Part shown: positions 12,283-25,465 of the stretch, in pieces
Position numbering within the stretch: the stretch's first letter is position 1
How the letters are laid out: the number at the start of each line of letters is the position of its first letter
NCBI GenBank assembly: GCA_964016885.1
Contig: OZ024740.1
Span: forward strand, 223,696,001 to 223,760,000
Source of the DNA: Eledone cirrhosa
Taxonomy: Eukaryota
Direction of reading: 5' to 3'
Length of the DNA: 64,000 bases
Notes under the pieces: model-generated
The model's database searches: none
What the model was told of the DNA's origin: nothing
Seen by the model: the letters and a program-made list of their open reading frames with translations, nothing else
Made by a program: the position numbers and the translations under genes

Positions 12283-13011
12283 CAGGGTGTCCATAAAGGC
12301 TCTTTACAATTTAAAAAATATATGACAAAAGCAATTGATGAGATATCTTAATCAGGTTTGTTCTATGTACTCAGTAGTTATAAACGTTTTTAATCACATT
12401 GCATTTGTTTATTTCAGGTATACTGTTGATGAAAGAGGTACTGTTAAATGAACCTCCTCAAGAAAAGGCACAATGTGTCATGGTTTATTGAAAATGTTTA
12501 CCTTGACCTCTTGACTGAATATGTGGCACCACAACTAGATGACCTTCATGACCTTCAACCAACTAATCATTTTCCAGCAAGGTGGTGCACCACTACATTG
12601 GAAACTTCATGTTCATGGGTTCCTAAATCAAACATTTCCAGACCAGTGGATTGGAAGAGATAACCCAATTTTCTGGCCACCAATTTTGCCAGATATTACT
12701 CACCTGGACTTCTTTCTAAGGGGTTATGTTAAAGATATCGTGTATCGAACACAGATATGGGACATTATTGATCTAAAACAAAAGATCACTGATGCCATTG
12801 CCCCCATTGATGAGGCTATGCTACAGGCAGGAAATCGAGTACCATTGATGTGCTTCGTGCAACTAATAGTGCCCACATAGAGGTATATTAAATTAGTTAA
12901 AGAAAACTTCAATGTCTACTCATCATTTTGTAACAATTTCCACATATTTGTCTGTTCATTGGCTTTCGTAATACATGTTTTAAATTGTAAGGAGACTTTA
13001 TGGACACCCTG
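12283..13011 (+). mobile_element. Internally deleted Tc1/mariner DNA transposon, DD41D-like
   Basis: TIRs CAGGGTGTCCATAAAG..TTTACAATT with TA flanks; transposase remnant FQQ(G)GAP-41aa-DFFLRGYVK (WPPILPDITHLDFF). Confidence 0.9.
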
Positions 13012-13275
13012 TATATATATGTATAATGACTTAGCTATTTAAGAAGATAGAGTTGCACCCAGTTTAGCAAAGTCACATGTGATTTTTAGTATAATTATTG
13101 TGCAGCCATCTTGCATATAGCAGAGGTTTGGGTTTCACAACCATAGATAATACTGTCCACATTCTCTGTCACTACAAGCTTATTTGCCCAACTTGTTTGA
13201 CCATTTCCCTAGTCAAAAATACTTAGCTTGAAGCAGCTAACTTTAAGCTACCATATTTTAAGTGTACACTGTATG

Positions 13276-13344
<69 letters not shown>

Positions 13345-13436
13345 AGAAATGACAAGACAAACACAGAGATGCAAACACAGTCTTATGAGTACCAGATTGA
13401 CGTAGAAGTGCCCTTTGGCGCTCCACCCTGCTATAC

Positions 13437-13503
<67 letters not shown>

Positions 13504-15100
13504 CAAATAAACAAAATAAACACAGGGATGCAAAAATATGAAGTCTTACTAGGAAGGAAGTGAAGGAGGGTTCTACATTTCGTACATGTATGTGTGTAAA
13601 ATATAGATGGGCTTATTAGCGTACCAGGACACTAGTAAAATGATTGAGAGTTAATACATTGTTACTGGTATTGTTGTTTGGCCATGACAAATTACACTTA
13701 ACTCTCAACAGCTCTTGTACACTGCAATACAAATACCACAGAATCCTGTTGATCAAATAATAATGATTTGAAGATCCTGAAAGTTACAAATCTAACCATT
13801 AGCCAAAAATTGCTTCCCTAGCAATTAATTTGTTTTGAAAATATCCAAATTTATGTTACAATTTACTAATACAAAAATTATTAGACAAGTTAGTAAACTA
13901 ATTATATTTCATATATTTAAAGATTATTTTTCTTCTAAGATAAGAAAGTTAACATATGGATTAAACTTCAATTTTCCATTATATAGATCATTAACAATTT
14001 ATTTTTCAATATATTTATATATGCAGTATTAACTTTAAAACTAGCAACCAATTAAAACTAGTGACTGCATTTAGTTTACTTAAATTGTAAATGTCACTTC
14101 ATTATTTCTAAAATTAGCTAAATACACCCAGGGATTGGAAATTATAACAGGCTTTGATAGTGAGTGTAAGAATAGAGCTATATAATAATATAAAAAAAGG
14201 ACTATTTTGTATATAGTTATCTCTTGAGTGCTACTGGTAGCATGTAATCTGGTACAACCTGTCACATGGTCAGGTCGTCGGTAACTAAACCAGCAACCCC
14301 ACCAAGTTTACTTGGTGAGGAGGGTGATTTTGGACACCCTGCAGTACAAAAAACAAAACCTAACAAAGAGCGGAAGAACTCATAAGAGTCAACAGCCATC
14401 CAAAAATGTCTAAATATGTATATACAGTGTAGGAGTGGGTGTGTGAATGTGTATATACAATATAGGTGTGGGTATGTGTAAGATTGATTGCAGGTTTGTC
14501 TGTGTATATATGAGTATATATTTGATAAAAAAAAGAAGAAATTCCTGCCAAATCAATGGGTGGCAGTAGTTCCAGTTGCACGCATTGAAAGACTGGTGTA
14601 GTGGTTCTGAGAACAACGTGGCTTTGCAGATGATCAATGCAAATTCACAATGGAAAGCCCCCCCCCCTGGGTTACAAGAGAACTATTGACGTTCAGGAGA
14701 AGCAGCGACCCCTGATTGAATTCAGCAACCGAAACAAATTTGTGAGTGTAAACTCGGCCGTAGTAGTAGTACTTATCTTATAAGAAATATACTAAAAAAA
14801 GTGAGGTAGGTGATCATTGGTTTTACTTGTGGAGTAAGCATGATATAGTGTTAAAATTACATTAGTGTCCCACTTAAACTAACATTACCAGGCTTTTTCA
14901 TTGCAACGTAGGTCACTGATGTAATTATAACACTGAATAAAGCCTACTTCACACGTGAATCTGATGGTTGACAGCCTAATTCTATATGTGTAGTAATTAT
15001 AAAATAACTACCTTCGCTCTTGTACAAGTGTAGAGTTCTCATTGCACTTGTTGATTATATGATGCTACACAGACATGTGCACAGGAGGGCACCCTCACAT

Positions 15101-15150
<50 letters not shown>

Positions 15151-16979
15151 ACATTTATAAATACACTATGTATGTACATATGTCACTGGAAGTAAATATT
15201 GAAAATATGACGAGCATTCCAAAATTTCTGAAATCTTTCACCAAAAATATTATATTAGTTACATAATTTCACAATTATATACATACATATTGTAAGGTGG
15301 TCGTGTTCAGGACATGATAAAAAGTGCTCAGTCTACTCCATAAAGTGATCATGCTGGTGAAACGAAAGTCCCCCCCCCCATCCAAGCCTCACTCAAAGGT
15401 GGTCATGTTGGTGACATGACAAGAAGCACCCAATTCATACTGTAATGTGGTTGTGTTAGGAAGAGCATCCAGCCATAGAAACCAAGCCAAATTATAGTTC
15501 AATTTTTGCAAAACTCAGTCTTCTGGCCTGGCTTTCCCTTAATGTGATAACACCTCTAACCCATGAGAGCATGGAAAATGATGATGATCATTGTTTATAC
15601 TGCAGTTTTATTTTAAATAATGATATTTACACATGAATAAATTTTCTATTAATAATAACACTTATCTAAAATGCTTGAATAATATATATTTTATCTATTA
15701 ATATTGATAAAATTATATAGATAATTTTTTACATAATCAAAATTTTTCCTTTTGCTCATGGTAATTTGTTTAAGCGTACCATTTCATATTTATCCGACAT
15801 ATAAATTAACTGTTGTTAATTCAGTAGAATCTATGATGAAAGACATTTCAGTTATTATGATTATTCCAGCTATTTTTCCAGGCAACTTGTCTATGATTGT
15901 ATTACACAATATTTCTTTTTATAAGGAAAGGAGTTATTTGAGAACGGTTTGGCCATCATGTCTAGCTGATTGTGTGATTACATTGTGGTTTTTTAACTGA
16001 CCCAACTACTTTTTATCTTTTAATTGTATAGTCAAGAGAGAAATGTAGTTACCAAGACTCATTTTGAGACCTCTACAGCTGGTGAGAAGATATATTAAAA
16101 CCTAAGAGCTGATCAGAATGCTTAAAATAGAATTGATTCCCCTAAAATACCCAATAGGGCTGACTGGTAGGGTTAAACTGAGAGATGACATGGAACAAAG
16201 ACACAGCAACCACTTCCAACATTCTAATCTACTTCCCTACACTAGTACTTTATTTTATCAACTCTGAAAAATGGAAGGCAAAGTTGACATCGGTGGGATT
16301 CTACCTCAGAGCACACAAAGCTGGAAAAATACAACAAGGCGTGTTTTGCTATGCTCTATTTACACTGCCAGTTTACAGTAAAAAATAAGTCTAATGCTTT
16401 AGACAACATTTTTCTCTTGGTTATAAAGGTTCCAGCACGAAATATTATATTTCCCTTCTTCACACTATAATATTTATTCCATTGTTTGTGCAATTTGTAT
16501 TGGCCTTTGTCAATACAGAACATCCCCAGATTCCTTCACTTACTACTGCATTTGCTATTAATTTGAAAGTCAGCTTTGTAGTTAGTTATCTATAATTTGA
16601 CATAGTTGGTTAGTCAAGAGCATTCTTTAACTGCTAGAAATTTGGCTTTTGTTTATATATTGTTACTAGTAAATATTCATCTGTCTATGGGCTCTGAACT
16701 CTTGTTCATTCATAGGGGTGTCATCATAATCAATGTTCTCCTAGTCAGAATATTTCTTCCAGTGTAGAAAAAGAAAATATAATAGAATAAGAATTATACC
16801 TGTTACTTGACTGGCACTTTATCTACCTCAAAAGGATGATAGGCAAAGGTGACCACATTAGGATTTAGACTCAGAATGTCAAGAGATGGAACAAATGCTA
16901 CAAAAACATTCTATCTGACATTCTGATTATTTGGTTAATTTGCTGCTTACATTTTTTCTATAGCAATGTAAATCTTCTC

Positions 16980-17330
16980 TTCTTCTTCGCCCACTTATTC
17001 CTGAGAGGGTCATGGGGACAGAGGCCGCAAACACACCTCTCAGTGTATCCTGTCAGAAGCAACCATCTCCAAATGATCTGGCTGGATCCCAAGGCAAGAG
17101 CTACTGAAATTATGTATGTTATCCAGCCATCTTGCTTGGGGGTCTCCTGCCAGTTGGTTTTGCCCATAAAATCTGTCCATCAATTCTTTTCTGAGACATT
17201 CCAACTGCATGCCTGTAGTATCAAAGCTGTGATTTCTCAATTCGAAGAAATAATGGCTCTTTCCGGAGTGACACTCTGATCTTTGAGCTATGTGCTCTAT
17301 CGAGTAACATTACTCCAAAGACCCTTCGAA
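16980..17330 (-). mobile_element. RTE LINE 3' remnant
   Basis: Degenerate GKTNWQETPKQDGW (GRP..RW-like) followed by a (GAA)n tail. Confidence 0.45.
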
Positions 17331-19832
17331 GGGTTATTGAAATTTAATAATTAAACAAGAAAATCCCAATCTTTTTTTTTCTGAAGCTGGTGTTAAATCA
17401 AACTAGCCCAGGAATTCCTAACCTGGGGTCTGTGGATCCCTGGAGAAAAGTATTATTAGAATATTATTAGTTTGAGTTGGGAGATATATGAGAATAGTTA
17501 ATGATTTCAAACACTTAATTATAAACATATTATACACATGATATTGTGTATCCATACTTATCTAAATATGAGCATTTCTCTCTTATTGTCTGGGAATGCA
17601 TTAATTGTAGGTATGGGGTATGAACAATTGTGTGAAAGGGGTCTTTGGTAGTGAAATGTTTGAGAACCACTAAAATAACCTATCTTTCTACATTCTAAAA
17701 TGTTCAGTTCTCAACATAAATACAGTATATATATTCATCTGTTTACATCCTAGTCCCACTGCAATTGAATATTGTCGAATCTCTAAGAATTGATCAAATA
17801 TGTACTAGTAATATATTGTGATCAATCCAATTGTCTATAAAAGAACTGTTTCAAAAGAATATCTTCTGATCTTGTAAAATAATATAAAGACCATTCATTT
17901 TCAAGTAATTTTGATTAGAATGTCTAAAAATTATTTAACCTATTTGTTATGAATCTGCTATTGATTCTATGGTACAAAGCTATCCATTGTAATGGTGGTG
18001 AAAAGGCAGTCACCAGAACGTTGGATAGAATATTTATAGTATTCGTTCCAGCTGAGGTCAACTTTGTGATTTGTCCTTTTGAGGTTGATAAATAAATATC
18101 AGTTTAGTACTGGGATCGATTCTCTCTCAGTATCTCTTTCCCTCACTGGAAGAAATTTGCTTAATTCAGACCTTGAGAGATATGGGCCCTGCCAGGTTTA
18201 AAATGCCTGAGAAATACCATTATGGTGCCCTTACAACTCCATATGCATGCACATTTAAATCTAAACCTCTTAAGTTATGTTCTAAACAGTAGCTTAATAA
18301 TGGAGAAATTAGGTACTGAACCACTTAACATTTGTGATTGGTTTTTAAACTAATGGAAAATTTCAGACTGTGTATTTTCTTTAAAATATATTCACATATA
18401 TATTGTTAAAAAGAGTGTTTTATATGATATATATGATTAGTACTTTTCTAACTATATGTCTGATGAAATAAACTACCTATGATTTTCAAATAATTTTGAA
18501 AATAATCAAGACTTTGGAGGGATGTTGTTATACAGAAAATTATTGTCATTATTATGCTTATTTTTGGAGTATAGCTTAAAAGGTTCAATGTTTTAAAAAT
18601 AGTCCAAATCATGCTAGCAACAAAAGTAGGCATAAGAACAAGTGATTTCAAGCAGTAAGAGTAGAAGGGTTAACAAAGGGTTAAAACTCTAAATTAATTC
18701 TCATTTTATTATTTAATTATATATCCACATATGCAAAACAACAATTACAAAGCAGTAAATAGATATGATTATATACCTATAAATTTGAAAGGAACATATT
18801 TGAGAACTGAACAACATCATGAATATTCCCCCTTTTATCTTTGTAATAATTCTTATACATATTTTCATTACATTTTAAAATAAAGTTAACTAAAATAATT
18901 AAAAGGTATATATTATACAAATATATTTGCATTATAACGAGAAATTTATATTTAAATGAGTGAAATTTTATAACCTATTAAAACACTTATATTTAGAAAT
19001 AATTTTAATGCTTTATAGATTTTCTAAGCACTATACAAATTACAGTTGATTTAAATGATTTTAACGATGTTTAATATAGCTTCAACACAAGCATTTTAAA
19101 GCCATTTCCACTGCTTAAGTAGGTGTTAGCATTGCAAACCCCATGACAAGCACCATACTCATCATGGGGTCATAGGGGCCCTTTTGAGGTATTTCATAGA
19201 TGGATTACTCTTCCTGGCATGAAGCCTTTTAGTCACCTCTGTGACAGACAGTAATACAGTGTATCTATTCTGAACCAGATACACACTACAATATTACATA
19301 TTAAATCTCTTTATTTTATTTTTGAAATAATTTTAATATGTTCTACAGATTCTCCAGGGACTGCAGCAGAGCAATATCAATTTCACTTGTTTAAAGGGAT
19401 ATTGGTTGTAAATTTTTAATGCAGCTATAAAGTAAAACCAAATACAAGCAAATTTGTGTTACGATAAAATAGCTTAATATAAATTGACATTTCTGTTTCT
19501 AGCAGAATGTGTCATTTATTGTTTTTTTGTTATAGGTACATTACTTTGAACCAACAAGACACATATCTTGTGTTTATTGAATAAAATACTTTGGCAGGAT
19601 GAAATCTTAAAACACTATTTCATCCTGCTGTGTCACAGTTCAGCTGTTGTTATTTAGTTGTTGCTTCCTTGGTAGCTAATTTACATCAACATAGATTAAT
19701 GTAGAATTGTCTAGCTCAGCTTAAGTGATTGAGTATGAATATAAAACTCTGGAGCATAGAAGCCAATATTTGTTTAATTCAATTGACCAATTGGTGTCTC
19801 CTATAATTCTGTTTGTATGCCAACACATATGC

Positions 19833-19864
<32 letters not shown>

Positions 19865-20098
19865 ATATTGAGAGAGAGCGAGAGGAGAGAGAGACAGAGA
19901 TAGTTTCTGGCAGTACTCAATACATGGGGAGATGTGGAATGGGAATAGAGTTAGGTCAACCCCGACCACTTGGTGTCCTTCACCATCTTGTTTTTATATG
20001 TTATGTGTTGTTATGCCAACATTTCAACACATAACACACAAAAACAAGATGGTGAAGATGGTGTAGGACAGAACAAAGGAGAGAGACAAAATGAAAAC

Positions 20099-20145
20099 AT
20101 AGTCACTGAGAAGGTCACATAATGTGACGAAAGATCTTTGACTAT
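20099..20145 (+). ncRNA. Minimal Type I hammerhead-like motif with atypical core
   Basis: ATAGTCA-CTGAGAAG-GTCACA-TAA-TGTGAC-GAAA-GATC-T-T-TGACTAT: 7 bp helix I, 6 bp helix II, palindromic AGATCT helix III. Confidence 0.65.
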
Positions 20146-20297
20146 ATATAAACAAACAATTTATAATAAATTGAAGTGAAACCAACAGGTGCATGTGTTT
20201 TTATTGGCAGCATGACCCTTCGAAAGTATAACAATATATGTTCCAACACACGTTTTCAGAGTAGTAAGAAATCTTGTGAAATAAATAAAAAAACCGA

Positions 20298-20360
<63 letters not shown>

Positions 20361-20367
20361 GTATGTA

Positions 20368-22594
20368 TCTCTATATATAAAATAGACTATGTGTGTGTCT
20401 GTTTCCGTATAACTTCTACAACTTGCAACCGATTTTCTTCAAATTTGGCACAAACATGTGTTATGCTCCTGACCCTCGTACGAACTGATTACGTTTTGAA
20501 ATGTGTGTCTACTGCGCCCTCTATAAGTCAAAAACCGACTCAAAAAGATCATTTTTGTCAATAATTTCTACAGTTTAAAAATTTCGAACAAACATGCATT
20601 ATGTTCCCGACTTTATTTTGGACTCATAACATCTGGACTAGGAAAAACGAATCGAAAACATCTGCATCATTATAACGCATACAATTTGCAATCGATTTCC
20701 TAAAATTTGGAACAACTATACCTCATGTACCAAACATTATTTTGGACTAACCGATTTTCCAAGTTTTTATCTAATTCGGGCCCTGTGTGAGAAAAACTAA
20801 ATTTAAAAAAGTATCGACATCAATAACTTCTACAATTTGCGGCCGATTTTATTCAAATTTGCACCAATTACGCATTGTATATATATATATATATATACAC
20901 ACATACATACATATACACATATATACATACAAACATACATACATACGCACTTACACGCAAACAAACATACATACACACACACATACACATACAATTCTTC
21001 GTCTCTCTGTCTGTCTGTTCCTATGCATTTTCTAACGGCTGGACCAAATCAACATGTAATTTTTATTTTCATTTGGATTAAAACAATATAATATCTATAT
21101 ATATAAAAGCGAGGATGTGTGTGTGTGTGTGGACAACTTTGGACAGCTAAGGCTTTTACAATTCCCAATTAAATTTGACCAAATTTTCTGTGCACGTTGC
21201 CCCTGTCGCTAAGATGGTAACATCACAAAAATTGTTCAAATCGACCCACGGTGAGCAATAACAAAATCAATAGCAAAATTATTTTTTCTAAAGTGCATGA
21301 TGCAAGGTAGAAATCAATCAAAACAAAATCCTTATGGGACTTTCCCTTCAAACTGTTGGGACCTACAACTTTTCAGCTGTAGCTTGCACATTTCTTTGTC
21401 ACTCACGACAACATTGTAGGTGTTTATTCTCTGTACTACAAGGCTCTTAAGCGACCATCGATTTTCTTCTAAGTCACATGCCTGTGTCAGCAAACCCATA
21501 AAAACTAAATCCCTATGGGATTTTCCATTCAAATTTAAAATTACAATAACTTTTACATTTTTCAAGTAAATTCTACCAAATTTGAGGCAGGAATTATCTA
21601 TGCTACCTTGGTAATGTGAGCAAATTATTTTATGAAAAATGCGTCATCTTGTTCAGTGTTTTCCCTCATTATCAGCATAGTTTTATGTGTACAAACATTG
21701 CACTAAATATTCGTTTGCATTAACTATTGAAGACTTCTGCTTAATTTGACAGGTTGGGGACAAATAATTTTCTTCTTTTACTTCCTAGCTGTATACTCTT
21801 AGCATAATTTCAAACCCCAGGCAACGCCGGGTAAATCTGCTATAGTAAATGACGACGACTCACATTTTGTATATGAGTGTGTAGGTCTGTGTGAGTGTGT
21901 GTGTGTGTGTGTGTGTGTTATGTATGTTAGGCCTCAGAAAATTAAACACTCACATATCTACACATACATTCTCATAATGTGTATGTGTGTTGACTGACAT
22001 AAGAATATTTTCTTTAGTCAACTACAGTAAACCACCACCACCACCACGATAACGTCACATTTTGCTTATGAGTGTGCACACTGACAATTAAACACACACA
22101 CATCTACACATACAGATACATATGTGATGACAGACAGGTGTCAGTGAATGTATATCTGTGTGTCTGTCTTAGTATATGTGTGTGAGTGTATGTGAGAGTG
22201 TGTGTGAGTGTATGTGTGTGAGTGTATGTGTGTGAGTGTATGTGATAACTTTTATTTTCATTTGGATTAAAAACAATAGAACGTCACATTTTGTATATGA
22301 ATAGGTATGTATCTGTGAGTGTGTGTGTGTTTGCGCGTACATTAGGTACGTTATTAAATACACACACACACATCTACACATGTATGAATTACACAATGAA
22401 TATTACCCCAAGGTGCTTGAAGATAGACGGATTTTAATTTTTAAATTCTATTATCATTACAATTTTGATATTTTAAAAATAAAATATAGATATTTTGAAA
22501 TAATTATGAGGAAAAAAACATATCTTTATATTTATTGTTTCCTAATCTGAATAAGAACAGCAGTAACCCAGGCAACACCGGGTAATTCAGCTAT
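20368..22594 (+). mobile_element. Non-autonomous Helitron-like element, probably containing a nested one at 21094-21845
   Basis: 5' ends TCTCTATATATAAAA (20368) and TCTATATATATAAAA (21094); 3' hairpins CCCAGGCAAC(G/A)CCGGG + CTA at 21816-21845 and 22567-22594. Confidence 0.65.
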
Positions 22595-22959
22595 TATATA
22601 TGTTTGTGTGTGTTTGTATGTGTGTGTGTGTGAGGGTGTGTGGCTTCATGTTTAGAGCATTGAGCTCATAAGTTTTGCATTATGTTCTTGAGCAAAATAT
22701 ATTATTTCATGTTGCTCTGGTTCACTCGACTATAGAAATGAGTTGTGATGTTTCTCATGCCAATCTGTATCAGCCATTGCTTTTCTATTGGACAACATCG
22801 TTGGCATGAAGAGGGGAAACAGGCATGTAATGGGGAACTGTTCGTCTTCCACAAACATTTTGCCAAGGCTTGTGCCTCAGAGGGGAACCTCCCAAGTGAA
22901 AAACTAATGTCATCCATGAACGAAGAGGGCTTATGATATATATATATATATGTATAACA

Positions 22960-23398
22960 TATTAAACTCATGCCAACATTTCAATTTAGGGGAGTATAAG
23001 TCAGACTGGCTAAAATAAGTTAGTCTAACATATATAATTAATTCTCTACCATGGTTTCAAGAATAAGTCTGTTGAATTTTCATAATATACATACAGAGAT
23101 TTGTTCAACAACGTAACATGTTGGACACCATGTGGTTTCAACAAAGAAATGGACTGTATACTTCATTATCAAACTCTGCTCTTGTTCCAAATAATTCCCT
23201 CCAGACGGTGGAATAAGTTCTTCTAATATTGGTTGTCCCAATAATTTGAAATTGTTAGTATTGTTCCTTTTATTCTTGAAATCATGGTATGATTATTATA
23301 TGAAATCATGGTATGATTATTATATGAGTTAGACTAACTAATTTTATTCTGTCTGACTTATGCTCCCCTAAATTGAGATTTTGGCATTAGTTTAATAT
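22960..23398. repeat. ~75 bp inverted repeats (MITE-like or inverted PLE-derived ends)
   Basis: caatttaggggagtataagtcagac..ttagtctaac mirrors gttagactaa..gtctgacttatgctcccctaaattg. Confidence 0.7.
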
Positions 23399-23450
23399 GT
23401 TTCCAATTCCAACCCGCCCGTCTCGTCAATCTATCTTATTTCTCATTCTT

Positions 23451-23486
23451 TCTTCTGATGAAGGACTAGCATCCGAAAGGTTAAGA
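23451..23486 (+). ncRNA. Minimal Type I hammerhead motif
   Basis: TCTT-CTGATGA-A-GGA-CTAGCA-TCC-GAAA-GG-T-T-AAGA; helix III probably mutated from ACGT. Confidence 0.6.
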
Positions 23487-23589
23487 CCCTCTTCCAGCTA
23501 TATCAAGCGTTAACCTAATATATCTCTTCCATATACTGTACCGATTGTGTTGTTTTTATTTCTGTTTACCTATTACACACACACATATA

Positions 23590-24108
23590 TATAAATACAA
23601 TACAGAAGTTTCTATTACTTCTGTATTGTATTTATTTACTTTGTTCTTAACTCTGTAGCGGAGATTCATTTGGTCTCCTAGTTAGAATTTTAGTCTACGA
23701 TTTCTGCTATACCATTTACGTGGTTTTGTCTTTGCGTGCTATTGTTCTCCACGCTCCACATATGACTTATTATCTTCGTTTTTTCGTTCATTGCCAGAGA
23801 ACGTCTCTATGCACCACCTAAGAGAACATTAGTCTACGACCTCTTTTATACCATAAATGTGGTTTTGCCTTTGCGCGCAATTGTTTTTCACCGCTCCTAT
23901 TAATGACGTATTATTCGTTTTTTCCCGTTCTTTGCCAGCGAACGTTACCACGAACCAAAGTATCGTCTTCCTGTCTTCCTCCGGTTGCAACGTTTTTTGA
24001 AATATCCAGTTCTGCGTTTACAGATTGACTTTGTTAGTTTCAGAAGATCCCGTTAAGGGTGAAAGCAGCGATTCTTTGCTTAAACTTTAATCTGTTATTT
24101 TAATAAAT
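23590..24108 (+). mobile_element. HHR-bearing non-autonomous element 'family A' (internal ~140 bp dimer); copies 37130-37880, 43500-43705, 52500-52575, 54655-55458, 63180-63515
   Basis: Near-identical blocks ttagtctacgac..taccat..gtggttttgtc..ttgccag.gaacgt and the 3' HHR motif, flanked by (TA)n. Confidence 0.85.
24020..24095 (+). ncRNA. Family A Type I hammerhead with U4A core (CAGAAGA)
   Basis: ACAGATTGA..AGTTT-CAGAAGA-TCCC-GTTAA-GGGT-GAA-AGCAG-CGATTCT-TTGCT-T-AAACT-TTAATCTGT. Confidence 0.7.
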
Positions 24109-24299
24109 ATATATATATACATATATATATATTTAACTGTTTATCTATTAGGAAATTTCAGTGGACATTAGAATGCTTAATGCAGTCCTTCTCTTCGTCA
24201 ACTTTAAGTCGCTCCATAAGTTTAGCCTGCCAGAAGAAGCAGTTTTCAGGGTGTGACTGAAAACGTTTTTGAACCCAAAAGTGAGAACCAGTGTACCAG

Positions 24300-25200
24300 T
24301 CCATCCTTAAGGATTCCACTGCTGGATATCAAGATATTCTCTCTACCTGAATATCCACCGCTTTTCAACATCTTCCTGGAAAACATCATGCAAGAGACTC
24401 TCCAAGACTTCCACATTTCTGTTTCCATTGGAGGATGTCCCATTTCTAGCCTGTGATTTGCTGATAGCATTGACCAGTTATGAAGTAGTGAAGCAGAATT
24501 CCTGGAGGTCACTACCAGACTGGAAATTTCAGGAACATATGGAATGGAGATCAGCTCAGAGAAGAGCAGGATTCTGGCTAATAGTAATAATCAGTGTACA
24601 GCAATCAGCATAATGCTGAATGGAGGAAGACTTGAAGAAGTGGATACCTTCAACTACCCAGGATAAATTCTGACCAATGATGGCATATACTCACAAGACT
24701 TACTCGGAACACTTCTGCCATAGTAAAGCTGAATATCATATGAAAAAGCAACTCAATCAGCTTTCCAACGAAGCTCAAAAAAGCTAGGGGAAGGAACACT
24801 TGCTTGAGGAGAGGGGCCCTTCCCTGAAGACCTTCTGTTGTCCAGCTCTCCTGAGAGTTTCTTACCAGTATACAAGTCCTAGATGACTTTGATCCTTTTG
24901 TATGGGTGTGAGAGTTGAACTCTCGCAGCTGACATGTAACAAAGTATCCAGTCATTTGGACACAATTGCTACACACCCCAGATATGGAGCACAAAACAAA
25001 CAGATTTATCTGGCAGCAAGTTAGAAAATATGCTAGCAGACAGGCACCATTCCTTGTGATAATGAAAAGACAGAAGCATGCCTGCTATGGTCATATATCC
25101 TGCCACACCTATTTCTCCAACACTATGTTTCATAGCAATGTAGAGAGATCAATGGCAACAACTAACTACAAAAGCATCTATAATGACACCACAATGACTG
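24300..25200 (+). mobile_element. Degenerate RTE LINE RT fragment
   Basis: PLFNIFLENIMQE..SIGGCPISSL*FAD..LEEVDTFNYPG..KRQKHACYGHI. Confidence 0.75.
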
Positions 25201-25270
25201 GCTGTATCAATAGTGGGAACATGATGATGATAACACACACACACAGACACACACACACATATATATATAA

Positions 25271-25465
25271 GTAGTAACACAACAGTTAGTTCACCATACC
25301 GAGAACAATCGTTTCACCTTATGCGGATCTTCAGCTCGCGAGCTGAAGATCTGCATAAGGTGAAACAATTGTTCTCGGTATGGTGAACTAACAGTTGTGT
25401 TACTACTTCTACCAAACTCATCCCATGGACTGAATGCTCTACCACTATGGATATTACCTTCCAGT
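25271..25465. mobile_element. Head-to-head palindromic HHR element; related copy 27616-27812
   Basis: Near-perfect 68 bp arms centred at CTCG|CGAG (25338/25339), one HHR per arm. Confidence 0.85.
25339..25377 (+). ncRNA. Minimal Type I hammerhead (mirror copy 25300-25338 minus; mutated copy 27742-27779)
   Basis: CGAG-CTGAAGA-TCT-GCATA-AGGT-GAAA-CAATTG-T-T-CTCG. Confidence 0.8.

Noticed and set aside
14575-14752. GAAA-CAAATTTG-T palindrome as hammerhead 3' half
   Set aside because: G at position 17 and no correctly placed core
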